64,000 nt of DNA from assembly GCA_030704615.1 (NCBI GenBank), contig CM060733.1, positions 13,640,001 to 13,704,000 on the forward strand. The letters run 5' to 3'. Shown here in pieces: positions 1 through 12,699 of this stretch. The position numbers and the translations under genes are program-made. The number at the start of each line of letters is the position of its first letter. Position 1 is the first letter of the stretch. The notes under the pieces were generated by a model, which worked only from the letters and a program-made list of their open reading frames with translations, searched no databases and was not told the origin of the DNA. This DNA is from Takakia lepidozioides (lineage: Eukaryota > Plantae > Bryophyta).

Positions 1-230
1 TGGTCGCAACTTTTTCATTTTTTTTAAATAGGTGCGACCACCAGCAGAGGATGGTCGCACATTTTTAATTATTTTTTAAATGGGTGCGACCATGGTCGCA
101 CATTTTTAATTATTTTTTAAATGGATGCGACCACCAGCCGGTGGTGGTCGCAGACTTTTTCTTTTTTGTTATTAGGTGCAACCGCTCGTGGCGAGGCGTG
201 AATGGGCAGCAGAGGCGGTCGCACGTCAGG
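1..230. repeat. Cluster of TGGTCGCA/TGCGACCA motifs in both orientations; probable transposon subterminal array upstream of the kinase gene
   Basis: About 7 copies (e.g. 1, 32, 52, 84-101 as the palindrome GTGCGACCATGGTCGCAC, 126, 145, 217) in AT-rich spacers. Followed by TATATAA at ~244-250. Confidence 0.6.
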
Positions 231-539
231 CCTCTCTAGGCAGTATATAAGGGCCTACCCCTCATTCCCAACCCACTTTTTTCTCTCTCTGTGAGTGCGG
301 TTCTGGGGCTTCTTGGAGTTTGAACTCCGGTGGCCAGGACTGAGCGTGGGGGGGGGGGAAAGTGGATTTGTATGGGGGAGGAGTTTTTGCCTTTTTTTCC
401 TGGGACTGTGGGAGAATTTGCTTTGGGTACTATACCAATAGAAGATGAGGAAATTGGTCTGCTAGTATATAAGGTTATCAATAGTTTGGGTTTAGTTTTC
501 CGTTACGAAGCCGCGTCTATTCCGCATAGTACTTTCATC

Positions 540-2049
540 ATGTCCGGAAACGTTGCTTCGAACGCAGTGTCAAGGGGTTCCTCGGGAAGTGGGCGTAAAG
601 GTAGGAAGCGTAAACATGCACATGAACGGGATAGTCAGGTCAACAAAAAAGACTATCCAAGCGTAGAGGCCGCGAAGGTGGTGAAACAAGTAGTGCTGGA
701 TTATTTGAAGGACAATGACATAATGCGTTTGAATCTTTTGTATGTCCGACATGGGAATGAGGGGTTCCTTAGATTCCAGCACAATATAGAGATGAGAATG
801 AGGGAGGCTTTGGCCGGGGATGAATGGGAGGAGGACATGGCGAAGTTCCAGTTTACGAAATTGATGGAGGATCGGGCCCATGATGCCAAATGGAATCTGA
901 GGCAAACCATGGACAAGTTTGTTACGAGAACACCTGTAGCTGAAGGTCGCATGCCAACTTCGGAGGAGGAGTTGTTTGTGCTTGTGGATTGGTGGTCTGA
1001 CATGGCAAAGGCCCACTCCAAACGACGTACAAAATCACTCCCATGGAAGGCAGGGTCCTCGTCCGCGGATGCGGCATTGAACGTGAGATACATATCCACA
1101 AACGCACAGGTACAACAACTCGACGCGCCCAAACAGGGAGGGTATGGTACAATTCGGAGGGTTAGAATTGTTGATGATCAATTCATTCCTCCATCTTGGG
1201 AGCTAGCAGGGAAAACGCCCAGGGAAACAAATGTTGAGCTTGCCAAAGTCCAACATAACAATGAGGCGTTGGCTGTAAAGTTCCATCATTTCGGCATCAT
1301 AAAGTATTTTGCGTTGCATCCACGTCGAAATGAAGGTTACACACATTGGTGGAATGGGGGGACCATACGATCATGGTTGAGTATTGACAGGAAATGGGGG
1401 AATGATCGGGATAACATGGAGTTAATGGAACGACGGGGGACGGAGCAGGAAATGCAGGAGGTCAACCGACTGGTTCGATTCCGACAGAATCACACCCAAT
1501 TGGCATGGGCGCTTTTGCACATCATTCTCAACGTCCATAATCACCACCTCTTGCACAACGACATGTCCCCCGACAACATCTTGTTGCATTTTCCACAAAG
1601 GTCTGAAGATGTGTACATCGGGGTATGCGATTGGGGGATGGCCTCCACGACGGATGACCCAAAAACCACGGTTGTACATTTTCGAGAGCAGAGACAAGAT
1701 GATAAAGACTCTCGCACATAGATGGTGAATTGCACCTGAAATTGCAATTGTTCATAATGTAGCCAACAACCAGTCAGATGGCACACCTCGTAGGCCCCCT
1801 CTAACCGTGCCATCAGAGACCTTTGCAATTGGAAAGATAGCCCAGGCAATAAATGGGGGTAACACGTTCGATGCAAGTCTGTTCAACGATATGTCTACTG
1901 GAACCTGTTTTGCTTCCGCTCTGGAAAACTTGTGTGTAGACACAGTAGAGTTGCGGTACAAACTAGAAAATGTTGTGAAACGTTTCATGACGGGGCTATT
2001 CAATTGGCCTGAGCCCAAAAATTGCTGGAGGATAGATAGAAACTTGTAG
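540..2049 (+). pseudogene. Intronless atypical protein kinase, disrupted by a frameshift and a nonsense codon
   Basis: Motifs: G-loop KQGGYGTI, LAGK (Lys), NNEALA (alphaC Glu), HNDMSPDNIL (catalytic loop), CDWGMA (DFG equivalent). After a 1-nt shift at the A-run ~1661-1665 the frame reads ...HRW*IAPE (TGA 1726-1728, likely from TGG) and joins ORF 1807-2049 (SETFAIG = subdomain IX). Basic NLS-like GRKGRKRK lies near the ATG at 540. Confidence 0.85.
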
Positions 2050-2924
2050 ACCTCTGACTATACATCATGTTTGAATAAATGTTGTTTTCAATTGTGTTTG
2101 TCTTGTACCATAATGTTTTAATGGTTTGTTACTTGGCCATGGCACCTGGGTCCATCATATGGGATAATCAAGCACCACACCCACGAATCTTGAAGAGTGA
2201 CAGTGTACACCGGGTCAATGGGTGAACCAATCGTTCCCCTACCAAATGATTTTAGATTGATTTGAAATTTTGGGAGTGTGTTGTACATGCCCTCTTTAAG
2301 TTACCGGACAAGTATGAGGTCAATCTAAAATGGTTCTAAGGGTGAACTAATAGTTCTCCTATTAAATGATTCATGATTGAAAATTGGTTGAAAGGTTTAA
2401 CGAGTCGTTCAAGGGGCAAATGATTATTTCTTCGCTTACAACTTTGTATACGTGATTTGTACGTACTTAAGCACATATGGACCAAAGTTGAATTCAATAA
2501 AGTTGTTTGAATGGGTTATTCAAATTCATAAGGAAAAACAACATTTCGCCTGCATATGAATTGTTTTTAATTCCATTCTGAAGCCATATGCTTGATAACA
2601 ACATGAAGAGTTGCATGCAAAATATCACCATGAACAGACATCATCTGCATCCAAAACATATTTTATTCCCTCATTTGCACTCCAAGGTGAAGTTATCTTC
2701 AACTTCATGCACTCTTCATAGAGAGTTCTGCAATAGTGAGCATAGAGCAAAGGATGAACGTTTTTTTCCAAACATTTTTCTTTGGTACATTTTTTGGCAA
2801 GGATGTGGTGGTGTGAGGGTTCAACTCACAGAACAAAATCAAGCCAAAAACAAAATCATTGCGCCCCACACTCATTGCGCCCCACAATCCTATGCAACGA
2901 CGCAATGGCGTGAGCGCGCGAGCG

Positions 2925-3050
2925 TACGCTCACGCCAGCTGACGTGGCGTGAGCCTGCACACACGCTGACGTGGCGTGATCGTCATGTCAGCATGCTGAT
3001 GTGGCGGTAAATGATGACGTGGCACTGTCCGTCATCTGCCACGTCAGCAT
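2925..3050. repeat. Cluster of GCTGACGTGGC/GCCACGTCAGC motifs; probable transposon-terminal sequence
   Basis: 5-6 TGACGTGG-type copies, the last inverted (TGCCACGTCAGC ~3037-3048), lying between the kinase and transposase B 3' ends. Confidence 0.4.
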
Positions 3051-3501
3051 TAACATGCGCCGCCTATAACCGTGGATGGTCCTATGACCGTGGAATTAAT
3101 GCAGGGAATCTTGCCTAAATAGAATCAAGACGAGCGTTGAGGCCTACAATTGCAGCATCCAACATTGTGCAATTACAAATGCTTGTTTCACTTTTACAAT
3201 TACGAGGACGAAAAAATATCCTCACAAAGTGTGTGCCATAAAGGCTGCCATGGGAAGACCTTCCTCCCTCCTCAAATAACAATGAGAGTTAGGATCATCT
3301 TCAAAAGATGATTGTAGTGCATAGCGACAGCAAGACATGTAGACATCGAACGGTGCAATGACAAATGTGCACTACCTAAAAGTTGTCACTCAGAGCTCAC
3401 TCCGTATAGTTGGAGGCCATATCATTGCACCACCGACGAATTGATGTGAATTACACATTTCAAATTCATGGTCGTCCACATACCACATTGCATAGTTGAT
3501 G

Positions 3502-5260
3502 CTACCCATGTGTTGTATCCCGCTGCAAAAGAGTATCGACCTCGTTGAAACTCATAGTGGCCTGGTGAATGAAGTTGTCACGTTTGGGATCGCAAACCAT
3601 CCTCTTCAAAAATATGAAACAGAAATGTTTGCAGGGTATGAATTTACCTCTCTTGCCCAAACTGGTTGATAGTATATTCACAAAATCAGGACATGTGCAA
3701 TTGGGGAAATTGGAAACCGTCGTAGGTCCTGTCATGAACAGCAGATGTGGAAGTGATGATTGTGATACCCGACCATATCCTGGATCGGGTACTTCCGTGG
3801 TGCTTCCAACACGAGCTTGGAGCATTCTTACGGACTCCACTTTGCCAAAGTGTTCAGCGGTTGGAGGGAAACGCCGAACGAGCTTTCCATCTCGTTTGGT
3901 TGGCCACAAGTCAGGATTTGCCGGGGGGGACCCGGGAGGACACAGAAGTAGTAGCACATGCATGGAGTTGGGGTTGGCTCGCAAGGGAAAAACCTGCCTC
4001 CTCCAGCATTTCAATCTCCTGAAAGCTGAGATGTGTTCCCACCTTCACGGGCCAAACGGTTGGAGGAGATGGCTTCATCACTACGGAAGGACGCACAGTT
4101 CCATGCACACATCTGGCACAATCATCTGCGCAGAACCAGAACTTGTGGTTCTTGGCTTCTGGTTGACCGTATGGACGCATCAAGCCCGTGAAAGTCGGAG
4201 CAGGAGTTCGGGCACCACCTCTGGATATAGATGAAGTGCACTTCTCGAAATTAGTTGCCCTGATCGCTGTACATTTCACACGAGACCCTACACTTGTGCG
4301 TTCTATGTACCAAACGTGGTCGGGGCATGCGGACTCAAGCACATCAAGGGGGTTGTTTCTCTCCTGCACCATTTCAGTGGCACTGTTTGATGCTGGAGCT
4401 TGCCGTCGTGTTGGAGGTTCCTCCACAATGGAGGTTCCGGACATGGAGCTGTCATGCAAGGGAACACGAGGCTTCGAGAAGTTATCACGGTCTGCCCTGT
4501 GGGAATCTGAATCCGAACCAGGTGGAGTGTTCAATTTCCTCTTACAGGAGCCGAATCCCTCCTCCCCTTCAAGATGTGGAACTCTAGAAACAAGTGGCGT
4601 TCCCTGGGCATACATGCTCACCGCCCGTGCTATCTTGATTGGATCCCCAGATCTGTTTGCAGCACGCAACATCAACTCCCATTTGTCCGGACCCTTGCCA
4701 CCAACTCCACCTCGTAAGAAATCACGGTATCGGGTTTGTTGTTACAAGGCACGTTTCAAATCATCTGTTGTTGCCACATACAAATCCTGATCTCGTTTCC
4801 CAGACTGCTGCAACCATGCGTTGTGCACAGTTTCTGCCAAATTGCAAGATGACATGTCCGTCATTTCCTCAATGGACATGTTCTGCAAAGTGCAGAACCA
4901 CACTTCAAAACAGTGAACAGAAAACAACATAAAGAAAGCGAGGACACAATAAAATGGAAAAGCAAATGTATGAAAAAGCAATAAATATAAGCCTCGTACC
5001 AATGGCATGGCTGCTCCCCACTGTCTATACCGGAAGTGTCAAAACGCCAGCCAATCTTCTAATGCTCTCATACTCTCAAGTGATGCAGCTCCAGAAGAGA
5101 ACCACCAGGCACGAATTGTCTGGAACAAAGTGTCCGCCTCCTTCATTGTTCTAGAATCTTTGTACTTTTTGCACAATTTACGGTGCTGAGTCTGCATCTC
5201 TGATTTGATGTCCGACTTTGTATGTTTTTCCAGAGATTTCTTCCTTCGTTCCACAGGGAA
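3502..5260 (-). pseudogene. MULE-like transposase copy B, 5'-truncated and decayed
   Basis: Collinear with transposase A: IRAWWFSSGA, WLAF*HFRY (TGG>TGA), a GT-AG intron at the same position as in A, SCNLAETVHNAW (catalytic Glu), a Cys-rich insert, and a C-terminal SWIM finger CTCPDF...PCKHF. Several stops and frameshifts. Confidence 0.8.
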
Positions 5261-5990
5261 TTTGATTCATTTCAAATTCTTTAATGGTCCAACCACCATG
5301 ATCCCACCAGATGCCTGTCACATCTGGTTGTTCATGTCCCAGGTCCCCAGTATGGTCGCCAAATGTCGCGCGGCTTTTACTCACCCATCCCTTCGCTATC
5401 CGAGGCGGAAACTCCAAGATAGAAGAGTTGGAAATCTCTAAGTACTCAGCCCGCGCAGAACAATCAGTCATGACCTACAGCTAGTGTATCATGGGGGTGT
5501 TTCCTATTTGTTTCCCTTTCCGCATTTATCTTAGCTACCTTACCATTGATAATTAAGTATCAGTTTGCTTCATCAATCTATCGGTTTCCTTCACTCATCC
5601 ATTCAATCCACAGCTTCACTCAGATCTCTCTACACAGTGTGATTGTATCGTATAAGTATCAGATTATGATTTATCAGGTATCAGGCCGAAGCCATTGTGT
5701 CTCTAATCTGCTCTACAATATCACTACAGCTTTGCATATACAAGCATCTACTAATCCTCTTTCCTCCTTCACCGTGTTCTCCATCTTTTGCTTCCGATCT
5801 CCGCTCCAGCCTGACTAAGAAGTCCTCCTCCGAATAATGATCCTCATCTCCCCGTTTCTCCCTTTATCTTCCTCTCCGCGGTTCTAACCGTTTCCCTCGC
5901 TAACCGTCGTCTGTGAACTAACATGTTCCCTTCGCAGGTGTTGTTCCCCACAGTCGCTCCCTGTCCTACTCTTCGTTCCCTATGATGTGA

Positions 5991-6395
5991 CCGCTGTGTC
6001 AGCTGTGACTGGCTGTGTGAAACTGTGACGGGCTGTGACTGGCTGTGCGAAACTGTGACGGGCTGTGACTGGCTGTGCGACTGTGTTTGGCTGTGTCGGG
6101 CTGTGACTGGCTGTGTGGCTGTGTGGCTGTATCGGCTGTGTCTGCTGTGACGACTGTGACGGGCTGTGTTGGCTGTGTGGGCTGTGACGACTGTGACGGG
6201 CTTGTGTTGGCTGTGTGGCGCTGTGACGACTGTGACGGGCTGTGTTGGCTGTGTGGGCTGTGACGACTGTGACGGGCTGTGTTGGCTGTGTCGGCTGTGA
6301 CGACTGTGACGACTGTGACGGGCTGTGTTGGCTGTGTGGGCTGTGACGACTGTGACGGGCTGTGTTGGCTGTGTCGGCTGTGTGACGACTGTGTA
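5991..6395. repeat. Degenerate minisatellite of GGCTGTGT/CTGTGAC(GA) units
   Basis: Directly visible tandem array; it generates the low-complexity ORFs 5980-6609 and 6075-6263. Confidence 0.9.
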
Positions 6396-6556
6396 ACCCC
6401 CCTCTACAGTGCGCTGCTGTCACCCTAAGGCTCCTGTTGGTCTCAGTCTGTGCAAAAATTAAGGGTACCCTACAGATCCCGTATAAGTGTCTAAGTCCCC
6501 TACAGTCCTCTAACATGCTCCAAGGACCTTTCAGGACCACACGAATGCTCCAGATG

Positions 6557-6952
6557 TGAATGTCGTCAACGCCATTCAAAACATTCCATTCAATGATACT
6601 GTAATACACCCTAATCCAGGTGAATGCAAACTATCGTTTTGGAATGACACAGACATAGAAGTGAATGTCGTCAACGACATTCACTAATCAAGCCTAATTA
6701 TTCCTCAAATGAAGCAAAATCACATGATGGAAATCATAAACTCGAGTAAGGAACCCTCAAGGAAAACTCAATGCACATTCATAACGAACATATCACTGAG
6801 GACCTCACAATAACACTGTATGTGAATGGCGTCAACGCCATTCACAAAAATACCAACAAGGAACCAATTACTTAGCTCCCAATCCATGAAAATTCAAATT
6901 GTCGCTGTTGAATAATACAGACACAGAAGTGAATGTCGTCAACGACATTCAC
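6557..6952. repeat. Four spaced copies of the 24-nt hairpin GTGAATGTCGT-CA-ACGACATTCAC
   Basis: Copies at ~6557, 6661, 6822, 6929; 11-bp stem, perfect in two copies; located upstream of transposase B. Confidence 0.85.
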
Positions 6953-7334
6953 TTTGGATTTCTCATAACAGAGCTTATCAAGCCTCCAGATTCCTCGCAA
7001 GAGGCAAAAACAATGCAGAACAACTGAATGTCTGCATTGACATTCAGCAATATGAAATGAGGAACCCCCACGAGGTTTGCTATTTCATGAGCATGAGCGG
7101 CATGAGCGGCATGAGCGGCATGAGCAGTAGTAACACAATCGGTTTTCATGAGCAGAAGTACAAATTTCGAAAATAAAAAACAATAAAAAACAATAAAAAA
7201 AACAATAATTTAATGCAATGTGTCAGAAAAAACAAATATATTATTCGGCCCCTTGAAGGGAAAATTGCACTTTTGACAGTTGTGCTCATGATATTTTGTC
7301 TTCCGCTCATGCCAATTCCTAGCGACATGTGCAA

Positions 7335-7695
7335 ATATGGCGCCGAATTTCGCGGTAATAGGGTCCATAACCTGAAAAAACGGCGACGTATTTCGCGGCA
7401 ATAGGTCTCTCTGGCGAAAAATGGTGCCGAATTCCGCGGCTATAGGTCCCCTCATGACAGGTAATTCGGCGCCATTTTTCCAGTGCATGTTCGGACTTAG
7501 CCAGTTTTCGGCCCAAAAAGAGAAATTCGGCGCCATTTTTCCAGACACGGTACCAGTGCATGTTGGGACTTAGCCAGTTTTCGGCCCCAAAAAGAGAAAT
7601 TCGGCGCCATTTTCCCAAACACAGGTACCAGTGCATGTTGGGACTTAGCGAGTTTTCGGCCCCAAAAAGAGAAATTCGGCGCCATTTTTCCAGAA
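7335..7695. repeat. Subterminal array of element A: AATTCGGCGCC motifs including three ~74-bp tandem units
   Basis: CCAGTGCATGTT(G/C)GGACTTAG...AGAAATTCGGCGCCATTTT repeated at ~7480, 7553, 7628. Confidence 0.85.
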
Positions 7696-7848
7696 ATGGC
7701 CCCAGAACTGCTTCTGTTGGATCTCAGTTTGAATGGAATATTGCCTCATTCCAGGAGTTTTGGGGTGCATTTCATTACACTGCAAAAAAAAGTCTGATAC
7801 AGCAAAATGCATTTGAAAATATCCATATGGAGGATTCCGTTTGCCCCA

Positions 7849-10800
7849 TCAATGATTTCTGGAATCCCTAAGAAGGAGTTTGTGCAGCTCGTTCACGCTC
7901 AACGCCGGTGCATGAATAAAGTCATCAATAGTCACGTTCATCCTCAACCTCTCAGGTAAATGTAATACAGATGCTTGCACGGATAATACTTCGAACCCTT
8001 CTTTGCTTCCATCAACGAGAAGTCCGTACAGTTGCAAGTCGGCTCCACTCCAATCGTAATTGTGTATACATCGTCGCGTACAGCCGAGCCGGCCGTTGCC
8101 ATCCGATACACACGCCCAAGGCCGGGTGGGGGTACGTCCACGGAGCTCTGAATAGTGCAAGCCATCCCAAGAGCATTGGCAATCCGAGTCTCATTCAACT
8201 TGTTGGGAGGGTGTCGTCTCTTCACTCTTCCGAATCGCATTGTGGGATGTGCAGAATTGTCCAATCCGTCTCTACTGGACCGAGCAGTATGCAATGGCTG
8301 GGTCTGAGGAACCGGAAATGCGTGGGCCGGGATGTCTGTGCGTTGCACCATTCGAAAATCCTGCCAGATAGAGCATCCGCCTCATTCTGAGAGAGGCTGC
8401 AACCCGGTGCAACAGGCCAGACGCCCGGAGGCTCCGGCATTCCCTGAATCCCGTACTTGGGCTTGCCAAATACACAGGTCATTATGTCGTGCCTACAGAA
8501 CCAAAATGTCTGCGTTGTGGCGTGAGCAAATGTGGGAGTCAAAAATCTGCCGCTGAAACAAGGTGCAGGTACAGCACCGTGTGGGTTCCTCCGAATCATC
8601 TCTCACCACAGCGTGCTCTCGTATCCACCCGGATGGCGCAACACTTCCCTCGAAATGCCGGCAATGTCCTCGCAATTCTCCACTGTGACTCCGACACTCT
8701 TGTCTCCACAATGGGAATGTTGTATTGCTTTACTACAGATGGCTCGTTATGTTGCCGGGGCACGCGCCCTGTGCTCAAAGGAGATGGCGATCTTGAACGT
8801 GCAGGACTTCCGGTGCTCGACGAGACCTCCTCGGACAACATCACCGGACCACGAGGGAGCGTGCGAAATTCTTGTCAGCTCGCCATGAATCCTCTTCTCC
8901 GCCAGGTGCCTCGTCAAGTCTTCGTCTCACTGGACGGGTAAACATCTCCTTCCAAATGTTGGCCTCTTCGCAGCAATGGCGTGTCCCGAAGGCCCTCTCG
9001 CAAGGCCGCCGCCCACTTCCGAGGATTCTTCGATCTGGGGCAGTCCGCATCAGCATTTCCTGCCTGTCCGGCCCCAAGCCCCACTGTTTCCCTTTCAAGA
9101 ACTCGTTGTACCTGCATTGCTGCATAATTGACCTCACAATGTCCTCCGTTGTGGCAGTGAGGATGTCCACCAGATGCGCCGCAGAGGAGGCACGCCAGGA
9201 AGAGTGCACTGATTCGGCCATGTTTGTCGTGGGCATGTCGTGTCGGAGTCGAGACACATTTCCTGCACAAGCACATGTTGAGGTTACAAGCAAGTTACAA
9301 ATATGGCCAAGAATAATATCCAACGGGACGCGAATTCGTGCAACTCACCTCCCGCATATAGTCGCCGAACTGGAGGAAACGATAATGCCACCATGCTAGC
9401 CAACTGACCATTGCTCCTTCGTCTGATTTCCTTACAGCACCTGACGATGTCCACCAAGCCCGTATGCATGCAAACTGTGTCTCTGCATCATCCAAGGTGG
9501 GAGCGCGCTTCCACGCAAGGCACATGGAACGGTGCTCCTCTCTGAAATCTGGCGCCACGAGCCTGGTTGTGTACTGCGAAAGGCTCTGCAGAAAGTGGAA
9601 CCCACAAGATCTCTCCTTGCCTTCCATGGGAACATTGGGGTCTTGCCCGTACACCCTTCGGATGGCAGCCCAATTTGCTTGTGCGTTGTCCGCCATGAAA
9701 CCACGGAAATTGGGAGGGGGCAATCCCGCCTTGGCCATCTGTTCGTTTATTCCCTGCCAAAGAAGCATCTCCGATTGTGTGTCCTCTCCTTTCATCTCAC
9801 AAATAGCAATTGTCATTAGCATCCTGCAGTGGGTGTCGTAGACATGTGCACCCATTGTCACCCACTGGTGATTTGTAATTCGCTTGATATGGTCGAACAT
9901 GACCCAACTGTTTGACAAGTTCCCACTCGTCATCCTGTCGACCAGTTCGACGCCACTGCCAGGTCCACACGTGGACATTTTGAATACGAAACAACGATCT
10001 GCCTCAGTCCCTTGTCCTGGAAACCTACTTCCATGAATGTAGTCATATCCACATCGTCGCTTCACCTCCAGAATGGAGTGCATATCCGAGCCACGCCCAA
10101 TTTTCTGTTTGCAAGAGACAATGTGGTTTCGGACATTCGGTGAACATACGTGGGACACCGACTCGAGCAATGCCTCCATTTCCTTCTCGTCGAGAGGAAC
10201 TCTATCCGAGCCGTCTTCCGACATAATTCTGGCCAATGCCATCTTATGGGCGGCTTGGAGCTGTATCTGTTTGGGTTTGGCACCCGGTCTCAACTTAACC
10301 TCCTCCTGAACGAGCTGCTCTGCTTCGTGGGCAGCCTCCCGCGAGTTCCCCCTCGCCAATTTGTGACAATGGGAACCAACGTGTATGCAAGCTCGGGTGA
10401 GGTCAGGGAAACGGTGCAACACATAGAACTGCTTGGCATTACAAACAGACATGCAGTGTGGTGGTTCTTTGCAATGCGCACACTTAAATGTGGAGTTCGG
10501 AACCTTCTCCTGAGCTCGAAATGGTTGGTGAGCTGTGCCTGTCCAATCGGTCTCGTTCCTGTGACCTCTGGATTTAAAGTGGAAGCAAGTTGGGGAGAAA
10601 CACCGCAACGCGCCCGCACAAACAACGTAGCGCACCCGCACACCATCAAGCATCTTCATGCTGGTGGTTTTGGTAACGCACCAAGGATGACCGTCATGTT
10701 TTCTATCCATATCTGTCAACATTCCGGACGCCCTCGAGTAGTCCGCCCGAGGAGGGAACTCAAAGAAGACATTACCGTCGACGTCGGCGGGAAGGCATGT

Positions 10801-11376
10801 AACCGATTTAATTGCGAACTTGCTGTAGTCCAGCCCGGCCAGCTCCGACCGGTGTCCCTCCAGGTGAAGCCCTCGCAGAATTTCTAGAATAGATCGAACT
10901 GCGGTGCTCGTGCTGGGAATATGACTCCCTCCTCCACTGACGTCCATTGAGGACTTGCCTGATCTCCAGGACGACCTCGGAACTTCCATGACCTCGTCTG
11001 AGTCGGACAGGTTGTGAACAACCCGGTTCTCGGTCGTCTTCATGGATGGGTTCGGCTCTGGATTTACTTCGTTGCGGACTTCTCTCTTTGAGGTACCCAC
11101 TCTCTGATTCGCGGATTGTTTCGTGGAAGGCGCCAGGATAGACGGTGCATTTGGCGGGCAATGAAGTCCCCAACAGCCCTGTATATGACGCTGTCCGGAT
11201 GGTGGAACTCGCCATTCCCTGCCATCGCCGAAATCATCGTGGAGCACAACAATACTCTCGACAACAAGGCCGTTTGAGTCCTTCCTTTCCTCCTCCAAAA
11301 AAAAACCGACCCCGGTTTCAGGTGGTATCGAACGCACAGATATTTCTCCATCACCCGGCAGGTGTCCCCTCTGCAC
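7849..11376 (-). pseudogene. MULE-like DDE transposase A: WRKY/GCM-like Zn domain, DDE core, Cys-rich domain and SWIM finger; 3' half broken by 1-nt frameshifts
   Basis: The 693-aa ORF has CAHC...C...RACIHVGSHCH, WVMFDH (D1), FMADNA (D2) and the MULE CxxH signature CGFH. After an intron (~9265-9346) comes TTNMAESVH (E). ORFs 8841-9323, 8596-8844, 8222-8599, 7944-8351 and 7849-8160 continue by frameshifts to SWIM CNCTDF...PCKHL. The true start may be the ATG at ~11438. Confidence 0.85.
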
Positions 11377-11739
11377 GGAAATGAAGCTCTATGCTCGTGA
11401 GGAGGGCAGTACACTGTAGCGCTCGGGTTTTCCGCCATGGGAGATGTGCACACAAGACTGCCAGGATGGCGTGCGGGGAAGCTCCCTGGTAGAAGGGGGT
11501 GCAGCGATGGGAATGAATGCGATCCGATTTGTCCGAGCGACGAAGCCTGATCCAAATCCAGGGGCCAACTATCTCAAAAATCCACAGTCAGAGTGTTAAT
11601 GAACCTTGTCTCCGGAATGCGGCCCCTCGTCTTTGCGCAATAACTGCCAACGGTATGCAGTCAGAAAGTGGGGGCCGTCCGGATGATGACGGCTGAAGGG
11701 GATAAGCCGGCACCAGTGCCGTCACATTACTACCCCCGA

Positions 11740-12699
11740 ATGGAAATTCGGCACCCAACATCCAACAGAGGAAGCCCCGATGAAGTCGCCTCGGGCGCAG
11801 AGGCCGGAGTGTGTGCGACAGATAACATCTTCTGGATGGAGATTCGGCGCCGAATTTCCATCGGTCCCCCAAAGGGAGTCGTGTCGGGGGGTCAGGCCGA
11901 AAACTGGACGGCATAAAAACATCCCCAGATGGAAAAACGGCGCCGAATTTCCATCCGGGGCGATTCGGATGCAGTCGGGGAGGGGGGAGTGCCTGCAGTT
12001 GGCTGTCACATTTCAACAACCCCCCCGACGGAAATTCGGCAACGAATATCGAACAGGGGACGCCCGGATGAAGTCGCCTGGGGCACAGAGGCCGGCAGTG
12101 TGGCGACAGAGAACATCCCCTGGACGGCCATTCGGCGCCGAATTTCCATCCGGGCCCCCCAAAGGAAGTGTTGTCGGCGTGTCAGAGCGAAAACTGGCCG
12201 ACATAAAAACCTCCACAGATGAGAAAACGGCGCCGAATTTCAATTCGGGGCCGTCCAATGAATTCGGGGAGGGGGGAGAGGTCGGAAAACCTGGCAGTCA
12301 TATTTCAATCAACCCCCGGACGGAAATTCGGCACCGAATATCAACAGAGCGGCGGAGAGGCGGCACCTCTCCGACATAGACATCCCCCCCGGATGGAGAT
12401 TCGCAGCCGAATTTCCATCCAGCAGGTAAGTGGAATCTCGGCGGATGGAGATTCGGCGCCGAATTTCCATCCAGCAGGTAAGTCGGATCGGTGCATATGG
12501 ATGATTCGGCGCCGAATTTCCACCCTGCAGGTAATTCGAATCTGGATGAATGGAAATTCGTCAGCCGAATTTCCATCCAGCATGTAAGTCGGATCGTGCC
12601 TATGGATATTCCGGCGCCGAATTTCCATCCTGCAGGTAATTCGAATCGTGATGAATGGAAATTCGGCGCCGAATTTCCATCCAGCAGGTAAGTCGGTCG
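11740..12699. repeat. Palindromic subterminal array of element A
   Basis: More than 12 copies of (G)ATTCGGCGCCGAATTT(CCATC); perfect 26-bp palindrome ATGGAAATTCGGCGCCGAATTTCCAT at 12655-12680; higher-order ~290-bp duplication (11740 vs 12030). Confidence 0.9.

Larger units (their letters stand above)
7258..12699 (-). mobile_element. Mutator-like DNA transposon A; its other end runs into the assembly gap
   Basis: Transposase flanked on both sides by arrays of the same ATTCGGCGCC(GAAT) motif (7335-7695 and 11740-12699). Candidate terminus GGGAAAATTGCAC at 7258 is tentative. Confidence 0.7.

Noticed and set aside
2925-3050. ABRE/G-box enhancer cluster
   Set aside because: It lies between two 3' ends, and such motif clusters are common in plant DNA transposon termini.
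5980-6609. 209-aa low-complexity ORF
   Set aside because: Translation of a minisatellite.
6557-6952. CRISPR-like spaced hairpin repeats
   Set aside because: Only four copies with irregular 80-140 bp spacers that resemble each other in places; better explained as transposon subterminal repeats.
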